Shown here: one piece after another, positions 36,672 to 45,204 of the stretch
Layout of the letters: every line of letters begins with the position of its first letter
Position numbering within the stretch: the first letter of the stretch is position 1
Source of the DNA: an uncultured Eubacteriales bacterium
GTDB taxonomy: Bacteria > Bacillota > Clostridia > Peptostreptococcales > Anaerovoracaceae
NCBI GenBank assembly: GCA_902786355.1
Contig: CADABZ010000009.1
Coordinates: 19,498 to 83,497, forward strand
Length of the DNA stretch: 64,000 nucleotides
Reading direction: 5' to 3'
The notes under the pieces: model-generated
Database searches by the model: none
What the model was told of the DNA's origin: nothing
The model's input: the letters and a program-made list of their open reading frames with translations, nothing else
Position numbers and translations under genes: made by a program

Positions 36672-38531
36672 ATGGCAAAAAACGCGTTTGAAACAAGGCT
36701 TGAAAAATACGGAGACGAATTAGAAGAGCTGTACATGGGGCTCTATGATGATGAGAACGCATATGAGTATTTTCTCAGTCTCCTCAGAAAAGCATACAGA
36801 GAAAGAAAGCAGTCCCTTCGCAGGAGGGATGCTGCAAGCATCGAGGATCCGGACAGAAAGCTTTCTCAGAAAATGCTCGGCATGATGCTTTATACTGAAA
36901 ACTTTGCAGGAAATCTGAATGGTGTAGGCGAAAAGCTGCCATATCTGAAAGAGTGCGGCGTGAATTATCTGCATCTGATGCCTCTTCTGGACTCTCCGGA
37001 AGGCAAAAGCGACGGAGGGTATGCGGTATCGGATTTTCGCAAGGTAAGACCGGACCTCGGTACAATGGAAGATCTTGAGAAGCTGACCGGTGACTGCCAC
37101 CGCAGGGGGATAATGGTCTGCCTCGATTTTGTCATGAATCATACCAGCGAAGAGCACGAATGGGCCAAGGCTGCCCGCAGCGGCGATCAGGGAGCTATGG
37201 ACAGGTATTTCTTCTACGATAACTGGGATATACCGAACCAGTACGAGAAGACTCTTCCTGAAGTTTTTCCTGAGACAGCTCCAGGCAATTACACTTATCT
37301 CGAGGACTGCGGCAAGATCGTCATGACATCCTTCTATCCTTTCCAGTGGGATCTCAACTATGCCAATCCGATGGTCTTCAATGATATGACTGACAATCTC
37401 CTGTATCTCGCCAACAGAGGCGTGGATATAGTGAGGCTGGACGCTGTTCCGTATATATGGAAGAGCCTCGGCACCAACTGCCGCAATCTGCCTGAAGTTC
37501 ACACTCTTGTAAGAATGATGAATCTGGCATGCAGGATAGTATGCCCGGGAGTGATGCTCCTCGGCGAGGTCGTTATGGAGCCTAAGGAGGTAGTGCCGTA
37601 CTTCGGTACCCCTGAAAAGCCTGAGTGCGATATGCTGTACAACGTAACAACGATGTGCACTATCTGGCACACTCTTGCCACCAGGGATGTCAAGCTTCTT
37701 CGTCATCAGCTTGAGCAGATCGAGCTGCTGCCGGATAACTGCCTGTTCCAGAATTATATAAGATGTCACGACGACATAGGCTGGGGCCTGGATTACAACT
37801 ATCTCGGATGGTTCGGCATGCAGGAAGCTCCGCATAAGAAATATCTCAATGACTGGTTTACCGGAAGATGGCCTGGAAGCCCGGCGCGAGGAGAACTCTA
37901 TAATGATTCAGAAGTCCTGCGTGATGCGAGACTGTGCGGCACTGCTGCATCGCTCTGCGGGATAGAGTCAGCTCTGTACGAGAGAAATGAAGATTCCCTG
38001 AAGCGCGGCATCGCTGCAGATCTGATGCTGCACGCTCTGATGCTCACACTCAAGGGTATCCCTGTCCTCTACAGCGGTGATGAGATAGGAATGCTCAACG
38101 ATTACAGTTATCATGAAGACCCTAAGAAGGCTGCGGACAGCAGATATATACACAGAGGAAAGTTCGACTGGGAACTCGCTGAACAGAGACATAACAGAGG
38201 CAGTGTGACAGCTGCAGTCTTCGAAGGTATAGGCGACCTTGTCAGTGTCAGAAAATCAAGCGAAGTCTTCCGTTCGGATTCTGATATGGCGCCTGTCAAC
38301 ACAGGCGATGACCGCGTGCTTGGGATCAGACGCAAGTACGGAGATAAAACACTTATGGCTGTCTTTAATTTTGCGCCGGAATACGCAAGGGCCGAATTCG
38401 AAAACGGTGAGTGGCGTGACATGCTTGACCCTGAGGGCAAAACCATCAGCGGTGAGGGAAGCCGTATGGAATACTGGCTTGAGCCTTACGGATACCGCTG
38501 GTTCATAAAAAAACAGAAGCAGGAGAGATAA
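36672..38531 (+). CDS. GH13 amylosucrase-like alpha-amylase-family enzyme
   Basis: GH13 regions are DFVMNHTS, IVRLDAVPYIW (nucleophile), LLGEV and IRCHDDIGW. The N-terminal helical extension and ~620 aa size resemble amylosucrase (GH13_4). Confidence 0.7.
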   Translation: MAKNAFETRLEKYGDELEELYMGLYDDENAYEYFLSLLRKAYRERKQSLRRRDAASIEDPDRKLSQKMLGMMLYTENFAGNLNGVGEKLPYLKECGVNYLHLMPLLDSPEGKSDGGYAVSDFRKVRPDLGTMEDLEKLTGDCHRRGIMVCLDFVMNHTSEEHEWAKAARSGDQGAMDRYFFYDNWDIPNQYEKTLPEVFPETAPGNYTYLEDCGKIVMTSFYPFQWDLNYANPMVFNDMTDNLLYLANRGVDIVRLDAVPYIWKSLGTNCRNLPEVHTLVRMMNLACRIVCPGVMLLGEVVMEPKEVVPYFGTPEKPECDMLYNVTTMCTIWHTLATRDVKLLRHQLEQIELLPDNCLFQNYIRCHDDIGWGLDYNYLGWFGMQEAPHKKYLNDWFTGRWPGSPARGELYNDSEVLRDARLCGTAASLCGIESALYERNEDSLKRGIAADLMLHALMLTLKGIPVLYSGDEIGMLNDYSYHEDPKKAADSRYIHRGKFDWELAEQRHNRGSVTAAVFEGIGDLVSVRKSSEVFRSDSDMAPVNTGDDRVLGIRRKYGDKTLMAVFNFAPEYARAEFENGEWRDMLDPEGKTISGEGSRMEYWLEPYGYRWFIKKQKQER

Positions 38532-38532
38532 G

Positions 38533-39726
38533 ATGGCGGGTATGAATCAGACTCCTACGGGAGAAAGGGTGCATATAGGTTTCTTCGGAAGCAGGAACGC
38601 AGGAAAATCCAGCGTAGTCAACGCTGTGACCGGCCAGGATCTTGCTGTTGTATCGGATGTGCGCGGTACGACCACTGACCCTGTGAGCAAGGCCATGGAG
38701 CTTCTGCCGCTTGGGCCTGTCGTGATAATTGATACCCCCGGCTTCGATGATACAGGAAATCTCGGAGAGCTGAGGGTGAGGAAGACCCGCCAGATACTCA
38801 ATAAAACAGATATCGCAGTGCTGGTCGTCGATGCTGCAGAAGGCATGAAAGACTGCGACAGAGAACTCACGGGGCTGTTCAAAGAGAAGAATATCCCGTA
38901 TATCACAGCGTTCAATAAGAGTGATCTTATCTGTGAGCACTCTGAGGAAGGCTTGATGTATGTGAGCGCTCTTACGGGCGAAGGAATCAATGAGCTCAAG
39001 GAGAAGATCGCTTCCATGAAGCCGGACGGCAGCGACAAGCGCCTTGTTGCAGATAAGATAAACGCCGGAGATCTCGTGGTCCTGGTCGTACCTATAGATA
39101 AAGCTGCTCCGAAGGGACGCCTCATTCTCCCTCAGCAGCAGACAATAAGAGATATACTCGATTCCGGAGCTGTATCCGTAGTCGTAAGGGAAACGGAGCT
39201 TGCTGATACCCTGGAGAAACTCGGACGCAGGCCTGACCTCGTTATTACCGACAGCCAGGTATTCGGGAAGGTCGACAGCATCATTCCTGACGAAGTGCCG
39301 CTGACATCTTTTTCCATACTGATGGCCCGCTACAAGGGACTTCTGGATGATGCAGTGCGGGGCGTGACGGCAGTCGACTCGCTTAAGGACGGCGATACTG
39401 TGCTGATTGCAGAAGGCTGCACTCATCACAGGCAGTGCGGGGATATAGGATCTGTCAAGATCCCGAAATGGCTTACAGAATATACCGGAAAAACTCTTAA
39501 CTTTCGGACCGTGAGCGGGACCGAATTCCCTGAGGATCTGAGTCCTTATGCGCTGGTGATCCACTGCGGCGGATGTATGCTCAGTGAGCGTGAAGTGCGC
39601 GCAAGGGCAAAAAACGCTGCAGATCAGGGTATACCGATCACCAATTACGGCACCATGATAGCCTTCGTGCACGGAATACTGAAGCGAAGTCTCGGGATTT
39701 TTCCGGACCTGGAAGAACAACTGTGA
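38533..39726 (+). CDS. hydF: [FeFe]-hydrogenase H-cluster maturation GTPase HydF
   Basis: It has the GTPase G1 motif GSRNAGKSS, G3 DTPGFDD, and the C-terminal cluster motifs GCTHHRQCGDIG and IHCGGC (CxH...HCxxC). Confidence 0.85.
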   Translation: MAGMNQTPTGERVHIGFFGSRNAGKSSVVNAVTGQDLAVVSDVRGTTTDPVSKAMELLPLGPVVIIDTPGFDDTGNLGELRVRKTRQILNKTDIAVLVVDAAEGMKDCDRELTGLFKEKNIPYITAFNKSDLICEHSEEGLMYVSALTGEGINELKEKIASMKPDGSDKRLVADKINAGDLVVLVVPIDKAAPKGRLILPQQQTIRDILDSGAVSVVVRETELADTLEKLGRRPDLVITDSQVFGKVDSIIPDEVPLTSFSILMARYKGLLDDAVRGVTAVDSLKDGDTVLIAEGCTHHRQCGDIGSVKIPKWLTEYTGKTLNFRTVSGTEFPEDLSPYALVIHCGGCMLSEREVRARAKNAADQGIPITNYGTMIAFVHGILKRSLGIFPDLEEQL

Positions 39727-39743
39727 AGACAGTTGTTTTTTTT
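39716..39743 (+). terminator. Rho-independent terminator
   Basis: AACAACTGT pairs with ACAGTTGTT, followed by TTTTTT. It overlaps the hydF stop. Confidence 0.8.
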
Positions 39744-39973
39744 ATAGACAATATAGTTATTGTGTAAAGTATTTGGTAAAATATAATCAATATTCACATA
39801 CCGTACAGAAGGTTTTTGCCGGCTGAGGTATATTACGAGAAGACAAATAAGATAGCGTCAGAGGATGGTCTGCAGACTGATACAAATGATAGCTGGCTGT
39901 GCCTGATCGAACGCTTGATTTTTTAATGTGCTGTAATCTTAGATGTGGATATTGATAACAGGAGAGAGGGAAA

Positions 39974-41644
39974 ATGAGAAAGTATAAATGCAAATACGAC
40001 ATAGAATTCCAGGATCTCAAGGAGATCATGGATTTCGTGGCAGACAAATACGGTAAGAATACCGGCTTTATCTATAAAAGTGCAGACAGAAAGACCAAGA
40101 CAGAGATCACGTACAAGAAATTCCGTGAAGACCTCGATGCTGTAGGTGCATATCTTATAAGCAAGGGTCTTAAGGGAAAGAAGATCGTAGTTATAGGACC
40201 GAATTCTTATCAGTGGCTGGTTGCATACTATGCAGTTGTCATCAATGTAGGCGTAGTAGTTCCTCTTGATAAGGGCCTGCCTGAGGAGGAAGTAGTCAAT
40301 TCCCTGATCAAGTGCAAGGCTGATGCGATAATCTACGATGACAGCCTCAAGCTGGACTTCAGCGAGATCATAACTAATCCGGAAATAACTGTCAAAACAC
40401 TCATTCCGATGAGTGACTTCACACAGGAGAAGATGCCTGAACTGGCAGCAATGATCAAAGAATACAAGCCTCAGTTCAAGGTTATAGACAAGCACGCAGT
40501 GGACATCATACTGTTCACTTCGGGTACATCAGCTGATGCCAAAGCAGCACAGCTTACTCAGAGGAACATAGCTTCCACGATCTCCGCGATGAGGAAGGTA
40601 GAGCCTATATATGAAGATGATGTAGAGATGATACTCCTTCCGCTCCATCACGCTTTCGGAAACCAGGGCGTGCTTATGTTCATAAGCAACGGCTGCACCA
40701 ATGTTTTCTGCAGCGGACTTAAGTATGTACAGAAGGAGCTGGCTGAATACGGAGTCACAGCATTCTTCTGCGTACCTCTGATCATAGAATCCATGATCAA
40801 CAAGGTCCTCAAGACAGCTGAGAAGGAAGGCAAGCTCAAGAAGCTTGAAATGGGACGCAAGATCTCCAAGGCTCTTATGAAAGTCGGTATCGATGCAAGG
40901 CGCAGGATCTTCAAGGACGTTATTGACGGCCTTGGCGGAAAACTGAGATTCCTGATCAGCGGCGCTGCATCTCTCGATCCGAAGATCCTTGAATATGCAA
41001 CAGACTTCGGAATCCTTACAGTACAGGGTTACGGACTTACCGAAACAGCTCCGACCATTGCATCAGAGAGCTACTTCTATCGCAAACCTGGATCGGTCGG
41101 ACATGCTATGCCTGGAGTCGAGGTCAAGATCAATGAACCTGATGAGGATGGTATAGGAGAGCTGTTCGCCAGAGGTCCTAATATCATGAAAGGTTATCTT
41201 GATGATGATCAGGCCAACAGAGATGTTTTCGTCGATGGCTGGTTCAACACAGGAGACCTGGCGCGCATAGACGATGAGGAGTATATCTTCCTGACAGGCC
41301 GTAAGAAGAATGTAATAGTTCTGAAGAACGGCAAGAACATATATCCGGAAGAGATCGAAGTTCTGATCGACAAGATCCCGTATGTTGTTGAGAATGTTGT
41401 CATGGGCGAAGAAGAGGGCGATGACTACAGACTCGTTGCACATGTGGTATATGATCCTGAGGCTGAGGCCCTCAAGGGAAAGAGCGCAGAAGAGATACAG
41501 GCTATAGCTGATGCAGATATCGAGAAGATCAGCGCAGAGATGCCGAAATTCAAACGTATCAAAGAAGTCTACCTCAGAACAGAACCATTTGAGAAGACTA
41601 CGACGCAGAAGATCAAGAGAAGGAAGATCCGCAAGGCAGAATAA
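39974..41644 (+). CDS. AMP-dependent synthetase/ligase (long-chain acyl-CoA synthetase-like)
   Basis: It has the AMP-binding motifs LFTSGTSADAKA, GYGLTET, TGDLARID and LKNGKNIYPEEIE. Confidence 0.8.
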   Translation: MRKYKCKYDIEFQDLKEIMDFVADKYGKNTGFIYKSADRKTKTEITYKKFREDLDAVGAYLISKGLKGKKIVVIGPNSYQWLVAYYAVVINVGVVVPLDKGLPEEEVVNSLIKCKADAIIYDDSLKLDFSEIITNPEITVKTLIPMSDFTQEKMPELAAMIKEYKPQFKVIDKHAVDIILFTSGTSADAKAAQLTQRNIASTISAMRKVEPIYEDDVEMILLPLHHAFGNQGVLMFISNGCTNVFCSGLKYVQKELAEYGVTAFFCVPLIIESMINKVLKTAEKEGKLKKLEMGRKISKALMKVGIDARRRIFKDVIDGLGGKLRFLISGAASLDPKILEYATDFGILTVQGYGLTETAPTIASESYFYRKPGSVGHAMPGVEVKINEPDEDGIGELFARGPNIMKGYLDDDQANRDVFVDGWFNTGDLARIDDEEYIFLTGRKKNVIVLKNGKNIYPEEIEVLIDKIPYVVENVVMGEEEGDDYRLVAHVVYDPEAEALKGKSAEEIQAIADADIEKISAEMPKFKRIKEVYLRTEPFEKTTTQKIKRRKIRKAE

Positions 41645-41717
41645 TAACCAGTTTGCCAGGGGATGAAATGATCGGTCAGTTACTTATCTGCAGCAGTTAT
41701 GAAGGGGGGGATTACAA

Positions 41718-42389
41718 GTGAAGAGAAGTATCAGAAATATGTTCGTTGCCATGATGCTCATTATGGCGATGGTTGTGAGCTTTTCAGGCTGCGGCCCTAA
41801 GAAGCCTACCGCAGATGATGCAAAGAACTATGTTCAGGCTGTACTCGATGTAATGTGTACAGGTGACTATGATCATTCTGTTGAGATATCAGATATCGAA
41901 GAAGGCAAGGAAACTGAGATCCGTGATGAAGCGATAGATGAGATCATTGATCAGCTCGGTGCACAATCATCACTCAACGAAGAAAACAAGGCGGGACTCA
42001 AGGAATTCCTGATCTCAGCATTCGCCAAGGCAAAATACTCCGTAGGAGATGCAGTCGAATCTGAGGACGGAGGCTATGATGTCACAGTTACGATCGAGCC
42101 ACTGCAGGCATTCGCTGCTATGGGCGACGGCTTTCAGGAGAGGCTTCTTGAAAAAGTTCAGGAGGACCCGAATGCATATCTGGCAATGTCACAGGACGAG
42201 CAGATGAACTATCTGATGTCTCTGGCTATCGGCTGGCTCAATGAAGACCTTGAAAATCCTTCCTATGATGATCCGGTAGACGTAGTAGTCCACTACGGAC
42301 TTCTCGATGAAGAGAAAAATCTCTACGGATGCACAGAGAGTGAGGGCAAGAAGCTCGGTGAGAAGCTGTTCTCCCTGACAGGAATGTAG
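41718..42389 (+). CDS. Hypothetical lipoprotein
   Basis: The GTG start follows AAGGGGGGG. It has a signal peptide with lipobox SFSGCG. Confidence 0.6.
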   Translation: MKRSIRNMFVAMMLIMAMVVSFSGCGPKKPTADDAKNYVQAVLDVMCTGDYDHSVEISDIEEGKETEIRDEAIDEIIDQLGAQSSLNEENKAGLKEFLISAFAKAKYSVGDAVESEDGGYDVTVTIEPLQAFAAMGDGFQERLLEKVQEDPNAYLAMSQDEQMNYLMSLAIGWLNEDLENPSYDDPVDVVVHYGLLDEEKNLYGCTESEGKKLGEKLFSLTGM

Positions 42390-42444
42390 GATCAGAAGAC
42401 CGTCACTGACGGGGCGTGTCGTTATTTGAATAATCAATACAGGT

Positions 42445-42485
42445 AACGGGCAGGATAGTCTAATTCTATTTTGCCCGTTCTTTAT
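42445..42485 (+). terminator. Terminator-like hairpin
   Basis: AACGGGCA pairs with TGCCCGTT, followed by CTTTAT, a weak T tract. Confidence 0.5.
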
Positions 42486-42594
42486 GTGATAGTAAAATTT
42501 AAACAGTACAAACTCTGTTTTTGTGCAGCCTGAAACGGGCCGGAAGCACCGGAGTTACCAATTGTAACACTATGATATTAAGGGAGAAAGAATT

Positions 42595-43840
42595 ATGGCA
42601 GACAATCAGAAAATGTGGGGCGAACTCGGAATGAATCTCGAGATGCACGATCAGCTTTGTGCAGTACTTCCGGGAGCGATTGGAGACGTATTCATGTCCC
42701 AGGAGAACAGACCTGAAGCTATGGACTACTTTGACATGGTCCTCGCTGATGTTCACGGTCTCAGACCTGCTGAGCTCGTAGAGTTCAGAAAGAACGGCGG
42801 CAAGGTATTCGGCACATTCTGCGCTTATGTACCAGACGAAGTTATCGTAGCTGCTGACGCTATTGCTACAGGCCTCTGCGCAGGATCACAGTTCTGGGTA
42901 CCTGGCGGTGAGAGATATCTTCCTGCCAACACATGCCCGCTGATCAAGGCTATGCTCGGAGCAAGATTCGACAGAACATGCCCGTTCTACAGACTCGCTG
43001 ACGTATATATCGGAGAGAACACCTGTGACGGAAAGAAGAAGGCTACCAATGCATATCATGGATCTTCCACAGATGAAGAGACCTAAGGACTACCTGAAGT
43101 GGGCTGATGAGATCAAGGATCTCAAGGCTCTCGTAGAGAAGGAAACAGGTAACGAAGTAACAGCTGAGAAGCTCGCTGAAGGAATCAAGACCATCAACGC
43201 TAAGAGAGCTGCACTTCAGAGACTGTATGATGAGAGAAAGAACCTCAACGTTCCTATCTCCGGAACAGACACACTGCTGATCAGCCAGATCGCTTACTAT
43301 GATGATCCTAAGAGATTCGCAGCAATGGTCAACAAGCTGTGCGATGAGCTCGACAAGAGAGTTGCAGACGGCGTCAATGTTGCAGAAGGCAAGAAGAGAA
43401 TCCTCATCACAGGAACACCTATGGCTATTCCTAACTGGAAGATGCACAATCTCATCGAGACAAGCGGCGGCGTAGTAGTATGCGAAGAGACCTGCACAGG
43501 TACAAGATACTTCGAGAATCAGGTAGACGAGAGCGGCAAGACTGTTGATGAGATGATCCAGCACATCGCTGACAGATACATGGGCATCAACTGTGCATGC
43601 TTCACTCCTAACACAGGAAGATTCGATGATGTTATCAGACTCGCTAAGGAATACAAGGCTGACGGAGTTATCGATGTCAACCTCATGTTCTGCCAGACAT
43701 ACGATATCGAGGGCAGAAGCCTCGAAGAGAGATGCAAGGCAGAGGGAATCCCATTCCTCGGACTCGAGACAGACTACACTGACAATGATGCTCAGCAGCT
43801 CAAGACAAGAGTCGGCGCATTCATCGAGATGCTTGGCTAA
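42595..43840 (+). pseudogene. Double-cubane-cluster / 2-hydroxyacyl-CoA-dehydratase-family (HgdAB-like) reductase, split by a +1 frame change near 43042-43058
   Basis: Track ORFs 42595-43086 (frame 1) and 43025-43840 (frame 2) together give one ~414-aa HGD-D-family protein. The N-terminal part ends ...YIGENTCDGKKKA and the C-terminal part continues ...HIMDLPQMKRPKDY... Each half alone is truncated. Confidence 0.65.
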
Positions 43841-43901
43841 TTAACAGAGCACCGTATGAGCGGTCAGACGACTTGCTGAAGCGGCACAATTTTTGCTTAA
43901 A

Positions 43902-43934
43902 AAGGGCGGGATATCTTTCCGCCCTTTATTTCTG
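43902..43934 (+). terminator. Rho-independent terminator
   Basis: AAGGGCGGG pairs with CCGCCCTTT, followed by ATTTCT. Confidence 0.65.
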
Positions 43935-43966
43935 AATAATGATATATATGGTATAATAACCGAGCT

Positions 43967-44230
43967 ATGTCAGAATATTTACACTATTATATTTTGTTTC
44001 AGAATCACACGGACGCTATGGCAATGTACCGCACTCTCAAGAGCAGCGGTATCTATGCACAGATAAGCCCTACACCGAGAGAACTCAGCGTATGCTGCGG
44101 AGTATCTCTGCTTGTTCATGGTGAAGATGTTGATGCGATCAAAGCTATCTCCTCAGAGAAAGGGCTCAATTATCTGTCTGTAGACGGACTTAACAACACT
44201 TTTGACAATACGAGGCACAAATATGGCTAA
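43967..44230 (+). CDS. DUF3343-like small protein (putative S/Se-carrier-like)
   Basis: This 87-aa protein has the YYILFQNHTDAMAMYRTLKSSGI...PTPRELSVCCG pattern typical of DUF3343, recalled from memory. Confidence 0.5.
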   Translation: MSEYLHYYILFQNHTDAMAMYRTLKSSGIYAQISPTPRELSVCCGVSLLVHGEDVDAIKAISSEKGLNYLSVDGLNNTFDNTRHKYG

Positions 44231-44993
44231 AAAATACATAGGAATCGACATCGGATCTACAGCATCCAAGGTATGCGTGCTGGAGGAAGGCTGCGAGCCT
44301 GTTTTTGAGGTGCTCCCTACAGGCTGGAACAGCAAGATAACAGCAGGTATTATCAGAGAGGATCTTGAGAAGAGATACGGAAAGATCGAGGAAGACTCTC
44401 AGGTAGTTGCGACCGGATACGGAAGGATCAGCGTTGAGTATGCGGACCATGTCATAACAGAGATAAGCTGCCACGGAAGAGGCGGATATGAGATGATAGG
44501 CCGTGACTGCACTATAATAGATATCGGCGGACAGGATACCAAGTATATCAACGTTGTCGGAGGAAGGCCTGTCGATTTTCTGATGAATGATAAATGTGCT
44601 GCCGGAACGGGCAAGTTCATCGAGGTAATGGCCAACAGGCTCGGACTTACGATCGAGGAACTCTTTGAGCTCGCTGAGATAGGCAATCCGATCTCTATAA
44701 GCTCTCTGTGCACGGTATTCGCAGAGTCAGAGGTCATCAACTACATGGGTGAAGGCAGAAGCCGTGAAGATCTTGCTGCCGGCGTTATCGACTCTGTGGC
44801 ACTCAAGGTCGCTACTCTCGTTCAGCGCAAAGAGCTTCAGGACACGATAATCATCACCGGAGGATTCAGCAATAATGAGTTCTTCGCAGGACTGTTAAGC
44901 AAGAAGCTGGGCAAAACAGCTCTTGCGATGCCTCTTGGAAGATACGCAGGCGCATATGGTGCCGCACTTCTTGCAAAAGAAAAGGCAAAATAG
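44223..44993 (+). CDS. BcrAD/BadFG-type ATPase: 2-hydroxyacyl-CoA dehydratase / double-cubane reductase activase
   Basis: It has the ASKHA-fold N-terminus IGIDIGSTASK, then DIGGQDTK, and the two cluster-bridging Cys contexts NDKCAAGTG and SSLCTVFAESE. Confidence 0.85.
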   Translation: MAKKYIGIDIGSTASKVCVLEEGCEPVFEVLPTGWNSKITAGIIREDLEKRYGKIEEDSQVVATGYGRISVEYADHVITEISCHGRGGYEMIGRDCTIIDIGGQDTKYINVVGGRPVDFLMNDKCAAGTGKFIEVMANRLGLTIEELFELAEIGNPISISSLCTVFAESEVINYMGEGRSREDLAAGVIDSVALKVATLVQRKELQDTIIITGGFSNNEFFAGLLSKKLGKTALAMPLGRYAGAYGAALLAKEKAK

Positions 44994-45024
44994 AGCAGCA
45001 GACTATCGCACATATTGCCGGACC

Positions 45025-45057
45025 GGCGCAGCTCATGTAAGGCTGCGCTGTTTTTTT
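45025..45057 (+). terminator. Rho-independent terminator
   Basis: GCGCAGC pairs with GCTGCGC, followed by TGTTTTTTT. Confidence 0.8.
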
Positions 45058-45204
45058 GCTGCGATACTGCTATGTATATGTCCGGCACCGGCAGGACCGC
45101 AGGGCTTGTCCGAAAGTGCGTTTTAGTGCGGACAGCTCAAATTGTAAAGAGAGCACAGGATATGATATGATAATTATGAATAAATAAGGGGCGGAGGAAG
45201 GTCT

